NCBI GenBank assembly: GCA_977018835.1
Contig: OZ361259.1
Location: 3,472,001 to 3,536,000, forward strand
Reading direction: 5' to 3'
DNA: 64,000 nucleotides
Source: Minutocellus sp. GHC0000111
Lineage: Eukaryota
Shown: positions 47,940 to 61,591 of the stretch, piece by piece
How positions within the stretch are numbered: position 1 is the stretch's first letter
Layout: the number at the start of each line of letters is the position of its first letter
Program-made: the position numbers and the translations under genes
Notes under the pieces: generated by a model
Told to the model about the DNA's origin: nothing
The model's database searches: none
Seen by the model: the letters and a program-made list of their open reading frames with translations, nothing else

Positions 47940-48743
47940 ATGATGCATCGAAATCATACATCGTTGTTTCTATTCGTCGCCCTCGCCGTCTCCCTCGGCT
48001 CGTCGTCGGCCGTCGACGCTCGGCGGGTCACTCCTGGGAGGCGGCGGCAGAATCGGCGGCATATGCAAAGTAGCGGCCGACAATTGCTACGGCAGCGGCA
48101 TCTCAAGCAGGACGACAACGGAAACGAGGACGGAAACGGCGGGGACGACGGTATCGAATACGATGCCATCACGAAACGGAGCGATGAGGTCAAGACTTCC
48201 GAGAGAGCATATGATGATGATAATGGCGATGACGGCGAGGAAGACAAAACAGGCGTCGATGCCGACAAGAAGGACAAGGAAAACAGCAAGACGGCCGATC
48301 CGACCGCCGCCCCGACGATTGGGGCTGCCGACGATGACGTCAACGTCAATGCGACTGTTTCCACTGTCAGCCGAACGGTTGGAGATGTCGATGGTGACGA
48401 CAATACTAGTAGCAACAGCACGCAGACTACTAGTACCGGCACCTCCCAGCCAACGACGGCACCGACCAATACTACCACCATTACCGCTGCACCATCCCCC
48501 ACCAACTCCACCTCCACCTCACCGTCACCCACGGCCGCCCCGACGGTCGAAGCCTACGACTGCTACGAAAACAACCCCTGCCTCGACGCCGCCGAACGGC
48601 AAGTGTACTACTACCGCCACTCCGACCCCACCAAGTTCGTCCAGTGCGGTGCAGCCGCCACGTGCTTTACCATGAGCTGCCATCAGGGACTCGTTTGGAG
48701 CTTGGAGGATACGGCCTGCGTCGTCCCTGCTGCCAGTCCGTAG
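47940..48743 (+). CDS. Secreted mucin-like protein with C-terminal chitin-binding CBM14/peritrophin-A domain
   Basis: Signal peptide, RHM/RQL/RHL motifs, acidic and PT/TS-rich linkers, then NPC...YYYRHSDPTKFVQC.....CFTMSCHQGLVWSLEDTAC. Confidence 0.85.
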   Translation: MMHRNHTSLFLFVALAVSLGSSSAVDARRVTPGRRRQNRRHMQSSGRQLLRQRHLKQDDNGNEDGNGGDDGIEYDAITKRSDEVKTSERAYDDDNGDDGEEDKTGVDADKKDKENSKTADPTAAPTIGAADDDVNVNATVSTVSRTVGDVDGDDNTSSNSTQTTSTGTSQPTTAPTNTTTITAAPSPTNSTSTSPSPTAAPTVEAYDCYENNPCLDAAERQVYYYRHSDPTKFVQCGAAATCFTMSCHQGLVWSLEDTACVVPAASP

Positions 48744-49626
48744 GACTTGCTTCGTTTTTGGCGCATTGGCATGCATAGCATGCGGCGGGGTGAGAATTTG
48801 GGATATATTGATATCAAACGGAGCAGATTATTTTGTTGCGCATATGGCTGGCGCAGGGGCGAGAATCTATTGCCATTTCTGTGCTTGCGTCGCGGTAGCT
48901 CGAGCATTTCTATGGTACACATGCATTTTCTACGCCTCTATTTTGAGATGGGGATGGAGGTGATCGTCAAGGGAACGGGTGGCGCCGACTTGCATTATAT
49001 CGTCGCTCTGCACTTCACATGGCGTGCATTTACCGGTATTTGCTTGTGTCGTGGCCCGAGATTTGTCTCTTCCCAATAGAATCAGAGTTGATTTTTTCGA
49101 GGTTCGGGGGTAGAGATACCTTGGGGAGCCGCGGAGCTGCAGTAAGTCTATCTTTGAGACTGGCCAATGTTCTTAGGGTCCTAGAGGAATTCTCATCCCA
49201 CCAGACTATGTCTATCGGTACCGCACGAGCAAGTCCCTGAGCTAGCGATGGCCTGGATTACATCATTCTGCGTATGTCTGAACGAGCCATCGGCATTTTG
49301 GTGCATAGAGTGGATCAAGGTAGAACGACACATACAATCGTAGAAATACAAAACATAGAGAACTCTACCTGATAACACACGCCCTTCACTCAATGTCGGG
49401 TCACATCCGTTGGGAAGAGGCTTGCTCGGCCTTGGGTCTTGCCGACTCGGAAGTTTAACGCGTACAAGTTAGCTAAAAAGTTATTTCCGGTTCTAAAAAG
49501 TTAATTCCGGTGATGCAGGCTTGGAGAGGCGGGTTGGCGCGCGCCCCGCAAAAAAAATTCGATTCGATTCGATTCATTCCGCCACGCACCAACAACGATG
49601 GCAGCCGCGCAGGTGTAGTAGTCAGC

Positions 49627-51169
49627 ATGTCGAGTTTCTACCCGCATGGTTACCCGTCGAACCCGTCGTACCCGCCGTATGAGTATCCGTCGTACCCGCC
49701 GCCACCATATGTGCCGGGAGAGCAGTCTCATTTCGGCGCAGATGCCAGTGGTGGTTGGCCTCGAGCTCCTACGGTCGCTGGCGCACAAGTGAGGAGACGT
49801 CATTGACCCTTCATGCGCCCGCTAACAACTGCACTCCTGTTATGATTGTCTCCAAGAAAAGACAATGAGCAAAATGAATTTACTAAGTGCCAACAAACAC
49901 ATTGCCGCCCAAAAGACGAAGAAGAGCAAGAAACACCAATCGACAGCCAAACCCAGAAAGTCGAAGAATGACAAGCCAAGATCAAAGACCCCGGTACACT
50001 ATTCCAAATCCGACATTGAGATCGAGCGCAAAACGAGGTGGAAAGGCTGGGAAGCAAAAATTCGTGCAATTCTCACCGAGATGGAATTTCAGGGCGAATT
50101 TGATGAAGTCGTCCCGGAAATACTCGCAAGGGCGGAGAAGCACTTCGCAGTTGTGGGTGGGCGCTTGCGAAAAGAGGCCATGAGGGACAAACACGTCTTG
50201 CCGTATGTCGAGGAATGGAAGGCAAAGAAGGAAGAGAAGAAGGAGGGAAAAGAGGGCGATGAGAAGGGCGATAATCCACCATGTGAGGACAGTAATGATG
50301 CCGATGACATGTGTGTGGGAGGTCTGCACGATGGCGATGATGACTGTGCACCTGCTTGCGACGACGAGGACGAGGGCGACAACGACAACGATAGAAGCTC
50401 GGGTGTGGTAGTGCCCCCTGCGGATCTCCCAGAGAAGGAGGCTCTCGATGCAAGTGCAAGTAGTCGTTTCAATCAGCGTATTCCGAGGAAGAAACGATTC
50501 AATTCGACTGAGGGTACTGATGCCGGACAGCCCGCGCCCACCGCTGCAGGTGCGGACAGTGGTAGCTCAGTCCCAGCCCCGTCGTTGATGCCAGCTCCTC
50601 CATCAACGCGCAAGACTATCGAAATCCAGGCGAAGCAGGATGTTCACTTGATGATCGTCCCGGATCAGAAGAAGGGGGACAAAAAGTTCTCGACGCGCAC
50701 GGTTGAACAACGGCGTGATGCGTGGGTGAAATTGACCGATGGAAGGCTCTGGAACGGAAACAACAAGGGCCAGAAGGCCCGAGGATAGTACTACTCGGGG
50801 GAGGCTATAAAAAATAATCACAAAGTTCTCAAAATTGATCCTAAGAGGCGAGGAGGGGCTGATGTAGAGATACGTGTAAGTGACACGGTAGAGGGTCAAG
50901 AGGACCACTTCGTGAAGATACATTATCTCTCGGGGGAGGAACGGATGAAATTTGGCGAGAAGGCCAACGACTTCGCAGAAAAATGGGATGAGAGAGCTTT
51001 CGGTACCTCGAGTCGAAGATGCATACAAGGTGGAATGGTAAAATATGGCTTTGGAAAAGGGGCTGGGCATCACCCTCACTTCATTTTGGGGGGTACTTGG
51101 AATGACATGTATTCCGATAAGGCGAAAGCTGGTTTAACTGGGGCCCAGTGCGCAAACTGGGATAAATAA
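49627..51169 (+). pseudogene. Hypothetical basic/acidic protein with in-frame TAG, 3'-truncated
   Basis: P/Y-rich first exon with a donor at 49789, then the 49865..50788 ORF. Its TAG (50786-50788) is followed in frame by YYSGEAIK...GGMVKYGFGKGAG... up to a palindrome array. Confidence 0.45.
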
Positions 51170-51227
51170 ATCCTAGTTCGCAAACTGGGATCCCAGTTCG
51201 CGAACTGGGACAGTGCGCATTTTGGGA
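51144..51227. repeat. Array of 3-4 ~20-bp palindromic units
   Basis: CCCAGTGCGCAAACTGGG, TCCTAGTTCGCAAACTGGGA, TCCCAGTTCGCGAACTGGGA (perfect palindrome, 51191-51210) and CAGTGCGCATTTTGGGA. Confidence 0.85.
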
Positions 51228-51362
51228 CTAACATATATACGAACTCGTATATAACATTCAGCCACTGCTTTATCAACGAATTATTTTCGATTCCTTTCTA
51301 CTTATTTGTATTTTCAATGTTTTGGTCTACTGGTCGGTACAGGCTCTAGAGATTTGTCAGTC

Positions 51363-54300
51363 CTACCGTTGATTATTTCTTCTTCGACGCCTCCTAACAC
51401 TTTGGGATACTGACTTTGGTTGCTTATGGACGTTGGACAATCGCTCAGTTATTCGAGCCTCCGCCTCGAGGTTGGCCTCCAACCGTTTCCTCTCCCTAGT
51501 ATCATATCCGAGCCAGCTGCTTGTATTGGCGTTGCTAGATGCTTGGAGAGATGCCATCGTGACGTCGTCATCAACAATGTCCGAAATAGATAGCATGTCC
51601 GTCTCGGGGGATATCGGAGGAGCAGAGGGACTGATTTGATCGTGCTGAATGTACATGGAACAAACACTACCACCTCTCCCGCCACCACGGCCAGATCTAT
51701 GAGGCGACTTTCGATTAGGGCTTCTCTTCGCCTTACCGGCGCTGCTACCAACATGACGACGTCGGAGCGATCCCGGTCGATCGATGGGAAATGAATTGTC
51801 TTCTCCTGATCTTTCGAGCAAGGGGCTACTCTCACTTGTTGAGTCGCCACCGCTGAGAGTATTGCTGCTCTCCAACAAAGGCGACGCCTCTGGCACCGAT
51901 GCAAGGCTACCAAGATTCCGCTTACTTGCGGACTTGGATGGAGTAGGCCGCAAGCGATCACGCACTTGGATTCTATCTCCGTTGTTCTGCAAGCTACCGC
52001 TCCTTCGATCCTTCTTGGCTCGTAAATTCTGATTCCGCTGGCGGGATGCTTGGTATTTCTCTCGCCGCTGCTCATCCATTACCTCTTGAGGATACGGTGA
52101 GATCGTTTGGGTCATGACATACTTGATTAGAAGAAGCAAGTGTTCCCACTGCGATTTGTGAATTGTCACATGAAATTATGAAAAGATTCGAAAGAAGGCA
52201 ATTGCAGGTTAGCCAAAAAAGATCAGATGAAATGGCAGCCAATGTTGATACTGAACAAGGAGAGCTCCCCAACTTACCCCGACGGCGACCACCAAAAGAC
52301 CGATGTGTCCGATCTTGGTTCCAAGCCACTTGAAGAGGGAGCTGGTCAAGGCCATGAGGGTGCAATTCGTAAAGACGGCAATTACTGTAACGATGTGAAG
52401 TACGTGCTCCCAAACGCCGATGCCACCGGTCTTTTGAGCCAACGGCCTTCGTCTACCCCGGCAAAGCTTGTAGGCATCCAGTCGCATGGCCAGCAAATGA
52501 TTGATGAGAACGATGAATGGCGTAATAGGCAGAGCTGTACTGAAACAGGTCACATAGGCAAACTGCACCACGGCAACGATGTACTCCGGGAAGCTGTCAT
52601 GATTCGGAAGCATCATCTCCTCCCAAATGTTGCTCTGAGCCTGCTCAAGGAGAAGGCGACTGTTGATGAGCCGCTTCTGCCGATGCTTTCGCTCCGCCGC
52701 TGATATCGTCCGACCAGACTCGGTAAAGTCCTCCTCCATGGCCTCAACATCCTTCATGGCATCGCGCAAGGACAGACGTTCTCGATACATTCGCCAACGA
52801 TATAGAATCATTGGTGCATACACCTGAAGAAAAATCGTCCACCAATGGGCAACGGTCACATAAATGAACAACGACGTGGCGACTCTCAGAATTCCATTCT
52901 CGGTGGCATTCTCATCTGTACCGGTGGCGATGAAGGCATAGTAGTACAGGGCCGCGAAGTAGCAGACGAATCGGAAGCTAAAGACCTTGACGATGAGGTG
53001 ATTGCGATACTGCGTTTCGGTTCTGTAATTCTCAAACTCGTTCAAAATGATGGAGATTCTCATGAGGACAAAGTTGAGCAGAGGGAGCGTCAAACCAAGC
53101 ACCAAGGGAAATCCTCCGATAATGGCCCAAAAGTGCGAGTCCTTGAGAAGCTCCGAGGACAGCTTAACCTCATCGATGGAGCTGCGACGACCAATGGCCA
53201 AAATGTTGAGCTCGAGGTCAAACGTCGACTCGCCCGAACCGTTTCTGTCGTCAAAGTATCGGGCCAGCGCAATGTCTCGATTGGCGTACAGCATGAGGAT
53301 GCCCAGCAAGGTGATCAAGGTAAACATCACACTGAGCGGGAAGCTAATGCAATACTTGAGCCAACGCTTCCATGACGGGTAGTATACAGTCCACTCCTGG
53401 GTGATCTCGTCGAATTTGTACACGCCGCTGAATTGAGGTCGGGTCGTTTCCTCCTCTTCGTAATTGAGCGTGCCCCACCGATGAGCCAGAAAATTCGACC
53501 TTCTTCGCCAGGTGACCATGACAACGAACGACCAGAGCATAATGGCGGCAGAGAAGAAGGGTCGAATTGGATGATCCCAATTACCCGAGGCAATTTGACA
53601 AATGAAGACGATCCATCCGCAGACAGAGAGGAAAATGAGATGGAACGACACGTGCTGCAACCAAGCAAAGTAGAAGGCAATCTTTTCGCCATAGTACTCC
53701 TCGATCGAGTCAAGCGGCTGGCACCAGCAACCAGTAAATAGCCGTGTGAACAGCGTCGGGATATACTGAGTCGGTAACCGCCGGCCCTCCTCTTCTCCCT
53801 GGCTCGAATCATCGCCGTCGTCGGTTGCATTCTCAAGAGATCTGGACCTCATATCATCTCGTTCCGATCCAACTCTCATGCTCTTTCCGTCCCTCCCATC
53901 CCAATTCTCCTCTTTCCAGAACAGTACCCAGGATTCGTACAGCGGCTCCAAACGAGCATGCATGTGAAGCGGGACACGACTTGCAATGGCCTTGCCCAGA
54001 TCTGTCCTTGGACCAAGCTCGGCACCAGAGTCACGAATGCGAGATCGGATGATGAAGTCAATGATGGCCTGCCGCTCGGAACTGCGAAAGAGAGTTGACT
54101 CATTGGAGAGGCGTCGAGTGTCGGTGCCCTCGTCGCTGGGCAAGTAGTGCTCAAGCTGAGACTCTCGGAAGGCCTCGTATGTTCCCTCCGTTGTGCGCAG
54201 CTTGAGCCTTAAAACCTCTGCGACGTCCATGAGCCTTTCTGCGGGACAACGAACCTTGATCATGACTCTCCTCGTATCAAGGGCGTAGATGCGCTGAGTC

Positions 54301-57300
54301 TCAAGACCAGACTGACGAAGACGGCTCCAAATCTGTGTGCCCGGGGACTTGAAGCCAAGGAAGTAATCCGACGGAGGCGGCGGAGCATTGACCGGTTGAT
54401 ACTGCAGCGTTTGGGACGGACCAAAATGCAGCGTCTTGGATAGACGGTCAAAGAAGTTGTTGTTGGAAGGTTCCACGTACTCGTCGAGGAAGCCATTCAT
54501 ACCGGAACCATCACCGGCAGCTGTATTCCCTCCCATCCGAGTACCACCATTATCAACATTGAGACGATTGCGTTGCTGCTCCATTTCCTCGATTTCATGC
54601 CGCGTGTAGTTGGAACCAATGCCCTGAGCTCTCTGGGCAGCAAATCTGCCAGATGCGGCATCTCGATGTAGCAGCAAAAATCCTCGAAAGATCATCCAGT
54701 ACTCTCCTTCCGTCGCAGTTTCAATGTCGAGATATCGGAATGCTTGGTAGGATCCTGCGCCGGAATGCCACCTTTCGCTGAGAGCTTTCGACGAATGGTT
54801 GCCCTTGAGACGGTCAAACGTTCCTGGAAGGATCAATGAAAAGGACAGCTTCTCCACAAATTCAGATGGGGACGCACGGAGCGTGGTGGTGCCATGCTCC
54901 GGCAGCTCCTCATTCACCGGAGCCCCAGAGAACGGGTCCGGATGAATTGCCGGGTGCACTGATACAACGTCGGCCGTCTTGATTTCACCACGATGCACAG
55001 CTCGAGTAGCCATATCGACGACCTTCTTCTTTACATTGCCCTGGGTCCTTGACCAGGCCTCACGGTACCGCTCGGCGGCAATAAAGTCGGGAAGATTGAA
55101 GTTCTGAATGGTGTCTTGCTCGTCAAGGTTCTTGTTGGCAATCTCATGAGACCAACGCTGAGATGCGTTGGCAGCCAAGGGCTCGGTACTAGCACCGCCA
55201 CGGTTGAAACGGACGGCCTGCTCCTTGAAGGCGATCATTGCTTCGTCGGACGCAATATGACAGAACTGGATCGTATCGCCACCGTCTACCGAAAAGAGCT
55301 TGATGAAGGCACTCTCGGCATGAGGCCTATGCCTTCTGACGACAATACATCGCTTCAATGCGAGCAAGAATTCGTCCATGCCAGCTGTTCTTGCCGCAAT
55401 ACCACGAGGAACTGTCTGCGAGGGGATCTCATCGGCATCAAGATCATTCTTACGACGACGTCTTCGCCTCTTGCTGGCCTTGCCAGTATTATAATCTGCT
55501 CGATCCTCTTCTTCTCTCGCCGCTGTTGCTACTGCTCTTCCCTCCTCCTCGCTTTCTTCGTCCGAGAAGTCATCATACTCAATGGCGTTGGACCTCTGTC
55601 GACGCTTCTCCTCGGATCTGACCAATCCTCTCTCGCCACTGCTATCGGCCGTGTTGGCTCTCTGCCTGCGGAGAGAACGCATAGAGTTCTTCTTCTCCAA
55701 CGACTTGACTGGCGGCGTCATTAGATTGCGTCGGCTCGACATGCGGTCCTCACCATGCGCCATACCCCATCGTCTGCGGCTTGCGCTGGCTGGACCCCCA
55801 GACATCCCGGGGCTGAGGTCAGATACGTTGGACATGGGTGTGGTGATGTCATTGAGATCATGAAGCGGCGCCCGTCGCATACTTGGCGTGTGCTTGATGG
55901 GCGGACGCCGCGAACTACGTGGTCGCTTGGGACTGAGCGATCGACGACCAAAGAGGCTCGATTTGCGTCCAGATCGAGGAGGTGTCAGGGCATCGACGGC
56001 TTGTTCGAAGATACTCTTGCGGCCAGGACGTAGAATCTTCCTGCCAGAGTCGTCCATCAGTAGCGAATCCGGCGAAGCAAGGAGGTTTTCTCTCCTCCCA
56101 GCGGGTGGAGCAGAACGGGGCGCGACGGATGGGCCAGCCGATCGAGGTGGAGTGGAGAGGCCGTCAATGCTCGATGCTTCAGTGTTCGTCCTCCGACGCC
56201 TTCTCTTCTTGGTGCCTCTGCCAGGTGTTCCGTACTGGCTGCTCAGAAGGGAATCCATCTCCTCGTCCGTCGACGCGTTATCAATGTAATCATCGTCGCA
56301 ATGCAAACTACTCTCCTCGTCATTCTGGTAGAGGGAGTTCCCACCGAGCATTGAGCGGCGGTTGGTCGGTGTGTTCTCCTTGCCGAGATCGTCGCCAAGA
56401 TTCTTCCGAGTGGGAGGAATGATTCCTTCAGCCGACGGTCGCTGTCCTGCAGATACGCCTCCATCCCCGATCAAATCATATTCATCGCCAAACAAGAGAG
56501 CACCATCTTCACCGAAGATTTCCTGCCGAAAGTCCAAATGGTCCGCCCAGTATGCATAAACGTCCCGAGGACTGAGAACCAGAGCAAAGTCGAAGTCGTC
56601 GTCATTGTAGATGCCAGATATCCGACCAAGCTTGTCGCATTCTGCCCTGTGGCGGACCATATCGACGACGGCACTGCCTCCATCTTCTTCGGCTGCTCTT
56701 CGGATGCGGAATGAATTCTGCTCCCTCAAGCGGACCATCTCGTTGTGGACGGACTCCCAGAGACGCCACGGAAATGGGGCAGATGACCGAGATGATTGGC
56801 CAGACAGATTGGACGACGTGGACGATCGAGTCGAAAGGGGACGACGAGGACGCCGACGGCCGGAACGAAGCGTCGACCGAGCCGCCGACAATGCCGCATC
56901 AGCCACAGCCTCACCAAGCTCCACGTCAACAAAGCCACCATTCTCCACTTCCGACACGTCCACGATACCATTCTTGGGCATCATCACAGCCTCATCGAGG
57001 AATCCATCTTCATCCTCTCCGTCATCGTCATCGCTTCCGTTCCGCTTACTAGCATGGTCGCTGACTCCATAACCCCACTCGCCACGCCTCCACCGGAATG
57101 CAATGTGACTGCGGATGGGAGCTCGGCGGCCACCCATAAGACGGAGGTTGCGACTGTGCGCATTGGCCTTGTTGGAGGCAAATTCTCGAGGATCGCGGTA
57201 CAAACCAACCCCACCACCGTTCAGTGCAATGGGATACAGCGCCGGGGCAAGATTCTGCTCCTCCACCACCTCACTGCCATCGGCCACTCCACTGCCGCCT

Positions 57301-59078
57301 CGTCCATTTCTACCGGTACGGGCCAGACCAGTCTCAATGTCCCCATGGGCATCGCACATCCTACCATGAGCATCCATGGCACCGCCACCCTTCCCGGGCG
57401 TGGCATGAGTCGTCGTCAGAGCGATGTGACTTGGAGTGGGAGGTGCCAATGGCCGTATCTCGAGCAGGCCCGTGTCGGAATTCTTGTAGGCGTAGGCCGG
57501 GGTGATGGCCCGATCCTTGGCCGGCGTCTTCTTCGTTGCCGATTTGGCGGGGGTCATACCAGCACCCGTCTGCGGCGGTGCCGACGTGGTGCTGGTGGCA
57601 CGGACTGCCAATCCCTGCCGGCTGATTTCCAACCCCACCGCATTGGTTCTGGTGGCTGCCGCTGTTGTCGAGGATCCCCTCTGGGCCCCACTTCTCTTCG
57701 TGTTTCCGCTGGGGGTGATGCCCAGCATGGCCTTCCGTGCCGATGCCGGGGTGGCCGTGGGCAGGTACGACGCCGAGGGAGCAAAGGGCATCCGGCCCAT
57801 GAGCGTACGCCGCCGTGGATCTCGGGAGGACGACAGTGGCGTCCGTGGATCGTCCCGGCCCAACTTGGATGGCAGATGTTGTTGCTGGTCATGTTGCTGC
57901 TGCTCGTGTCTCTGGATGGGTATCCCACGCGCCCTCCGAGCCGACGCCGAGGGACTGCCGGGCTTGATCGCCGCCGATGCCGCCCGGGCAAAGCCGGCCG
58001 ACCTCGGCGGAGATTGGCGTTGACCAATATCGCCACCCCCATCAGCATTTCCATCAGCATTGCCACCACCGACGCTACTCTTCCACCGGCTCGGGCGGAA
58101 TATGTCTCTCTTTCGTCCCCGTTTGGTTGGTTCAGTCGACGGGGTCAGGGGTTGCATCTCTTCATTCTCTTGGTCATCACTGGCATCGCCATTGTCATCG
58201 CCCACATTGTCCTGCCGATAATTTCCATAAGAAGCTGTTGTTGTTGCTGTTGCCGCCCGACCATAGAGGTAGCGTCGACTATCACCACCAATATCACCAC
58301 CACCGATATCACCGCCCCCCAAATCCAAATCCTCTCCGAGAAGGCTGTTGCTGTACGCCGCCACGCTGGCATCCTCCTCACCATCGCCGTCGTTGTCCAA
58401 CCTCGACGACGATTCGGAATACTCGTAGTCGTCCCCGTACTCGAATCTGCTGGTGGATGACGACACGACAGACGACGCCTCGGCCGAGGAGAAGGTGGCC
58501 ATGGACCGGACCGACTGGGCGGATCGGGAGGTGAGGGGTGGCGACGGGCCCGCCGACAACATTGTTGATGACGGTGGGGGCGGGACGTAGCTGGGATTCC
58601 GATGAGGCGGGCGGTGGTAGGCCCGCGGCTGAGGCTGCAGGTACGACGAGATGTAGCTTTGGTGGGTGGCATACTCCTCGTCATCATCGTCCTTGTCATC
58701 CTCCTGGTCGCAGTTGGAGTCAATGTCGTCCCCCTCGTCCACGTCGTCGACCATGGCGCCGGGCCGGACGCGGTATCGATATCCATGGTACTGCGTGGCG
58801 CTGGCATTCTCCTTATCTTCATCACCATTGTGGCCGTCATGTTCGTTGCCATTGCCGACAGCATCCTCCCCCGGCCGTCCCCTCCGTCCTCCTCCTCCTC
58901 CTCCACCACGGGCCGATGATGATGATGACGATGGATGCAGACCGGACGGCTGCTCATATTGTCTGGACCTTTGCTGCTGCTGCTGCTGCCGACCATGACC
59001 GTCACGTGCAGGCGAAGTTGTTGACGACATACCGCCGACGCCGGGCATCCTCCGCTTGTTGGGCGATCGGCGGGACAT
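51363..59078 (-). CDS. Anoctamin/TMEM16 family protein with very long disordered N-terminus
   Basis: QPLDSIEEYYGEKIAFYFAW, WRRR..LAHRWGT, RPQFSG, LNEFENYRT..YRNHLIVKVFSF, EYIVAVVQFAYVTCF, DAYKLC and GIGVW. A phase-0 intron (52277-52149) joins to WEHLLLLIKY. Confidence 0.92.
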
Positions 59079-60073
59079 TGGCGACGACCGACCCAGCCGG
59101 TTGCCGGCTACAATTCAATTCAATTCAATTGGCACGTATTGTATGTGCTGCGCTGCCGGGTCGGACAGGGCAGTTGAATATTCCGAGCCCAGGGCAGAAC
59201 CAACGCCTGGACGACGACAATGTAAACGGCAGAGACGATTCGTCCTCCGACGCAACAACACCAGCACGCCGCTCGACAAATGTTTATCGCACAGGCAGAC
59301 AGGCAACGAGAGGGAGGGATGGCAAGATACCGGCACGCCGAGACGATGCGATGATGCCGGCGGTGGTGCAGGTGATGAAGATGACCAGCGGTCACTACGC
59401 AATATTGATGATGTGAGCAAGTGCCGACTGCGCAGACTCCGCAACACGACGATATCCCCCAAGGCAATGTCAGTTCGTCACAAGCAAAGTTGCAACGACC
59501 AAAAAATGCAGAAATTATTGCCGGGTCTGCCCGTGTGCCGATCTGCCTGCCGCTGCAGCTGTCGACTTGATGGGCCAGATGATAGCAACACGGCCGATGC
59601 GATGAAACCGCACCTATATATCCTGAGGTGGTCCCACGCTTCGCCTCTTGCTACTCGCCGTACTAGTATGGTCGGGACGATACGCTCAACTGATGAACTG
59701 ACTGTCAGTTCCCTCCGAAAATGAAACGACATTTTTGTGCGGAATATCCGGGTTCCTTACAAACGCAGGCACGGGCATTTTGTGCTTTATTGCGCATCGG
59801 CACGACGAGAGGAAGAAGGGGGAGAGAGGGGCGCTCTTCCGGCAGATCAACCGGAACCGGTAGAGATAGAACTAGCTAGATGTCAACACATGTTGCATGT
59901 AGATCTACTAAAGTATGATACGTATGCGTTGTATAGTATGGAGGTTTCTATTGATGTTAGTAGAGTAGGCATGCACAAGGGCAGTCAATCTCTCTTTGCA
60001 CCGTCCCACAAAAAAATCAATCCCCACACCACCACCGCACTCACGGCAATCCACCCAAGCCAGCCCATCCATC

Positions 60074-61259
60074 TCACAGCAAAGGGCGGCGTACTTTCTT
60101 ATTCCTGTTACTAACCCTAACAGTCTTACCGGTATTCTTCTCCATTTCCTCCACCATCTTCATGATGGTCTTGCACTCGTCGCGGTGGCCATCGTCCGGC
60201 CGATTCCAGTGCACCTTCTGGCAGTCGCGGCTGCAGTAGCAGCTGATCTTGCATCCCGCACAGAGCTTGCGGTTGGACGCATTGAGGGCAACGCCGCACG
60301 TGCTGCAGCTCTTCCTCATTTTGCAAAGCTCGGAATGGGCCCTCTCCACACACTTCTTGTTGCTGCGGTGCCCATCAGTGATGGCTTCCTGTTTGGCCCA
60401 AAACAGGCCCTCCACGGTCCGGTCCAACTCTCCACAGCAATCTGCCGCAAGGCGAGCTGGGTCACCGGGTGAAAAGCGAGGCGCACCAGCTTGCACAGCA
60501 GCCTTTCGGGCCAGCTCGAGGGCAACGGACAAGTCGCCTTTGAAAAAAATAGGTCAGCAGGGCAAGCTGATACTGAGCCCCGCACAAGCCCTGGTTGGCC
60601 AAGGGGACCAGCAGCGCGTGCTGCACAAACTTCAATCGGTCCTCGAGCTTCCTGTCGATTTCGGCCATGACAGCGATGCAGGTCGATAGATGAATGTCAA
60701 ACATGCAATCGGAAGACAACAAAATCTTCGTGGCCTCTTCTAGCAGTGCCTTTACCTTTGCTGCATTGAACCGCTGGCCATGGCGGTAGAACGTGGCCAA
60801 CTTCGTGAAAGCGAAGGGGTGTCCCCCCTCCTCGGCCGCCTTGCGGTACAACTTGCGTGCCTCTACAGGGGACTCCTGCCGAAGCTGCTCACCAAGTGCA
60901 AACTGGGCCCAGGGGTGGCCCTCCTTGGCACGTGACTTCGATACTCGAAGTTTGGTGGACAGGGTCACACCGCACGAAGAGCAGGCAGCACCAATGACGG
61001 TTGGACATTTTCCTGCTTTGGCGCAGGTGGAACAAAACATCTTGCCACAGCAGACACTCGTTTGCGACCAACATATGAGGTCACGTAGGTCAAAAGTGTT
61101 GCTGCACCCATGACAAGAATATGGGTCATTGTTTGTCGAAACAATGCCCTTGAGCGAGCGGATGATGGCAGTGGTGGTGCCAGCGGAATCGGAAGTGTTT
61201 TGGGCTTGGGATGCCGGGCGGGCGGCACGAGTCCTCTTCTTCTTTTCCTTGCGGCCCAT
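60074..61259 (-). CDS. RING-like + Sel1 + C-terminal MYND finger protein (frameshift in homopolymer)
   Basis: CHGC...CCGKMFCSTC...CSSC; AKEGHPWAQFALG; ANQGLCGAQYQLA. A slip in the T-run near 60545 leads to CSTCG...CAGCKISCYCSRDCQKVHW...HRDECK. Confidence 0.82.
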
Positions 61260-61591
61260 GATGCCAATACAACGAGCGATTGGGTAACTACGTAGGTAGA
61301 TAATATAAATCAATCGGTCAGTGGGACGGTAGGTTGTGGCACCTCGAACAAGCAAACGGACCGGCCAAGCAATGGCCGTATCCAGCACATCATGTGCTCG
61401 CAACGATGTCTTGACAAAACCGCGTTCGCACTAAACCCCGCAATTGCAACGTGGCTCATCTTTTGTCTTCAAGATGGCGGTGACGGTGGTGCCGACGGCA
61501 TCCGCTGCGCAGACGTTATAAACATGGTATCTCCAGAACGGGTTGGTCCTTGACCTTGGACCGACTCGGAGATATCGATTTGATCTTCCCC

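Noticed and set aside
51144..51227. CRISPR-like palindromic repeats
   Set aside because: The units are nearly abutting with no unique spacers, there are no cas genes, and the context is eukaryotic.
56796..58460. 554-aa plus-strand ORF
   Set aside because: Antisense shadow of the anoctamin N-terminus.
24535..60550. Programmed frameshifts at ~24540, ~39648, ~43065 and ~60545
   Set aside because: Mostly single-base slips in short homopolymers, more simply explained by sequencing error or mutation.
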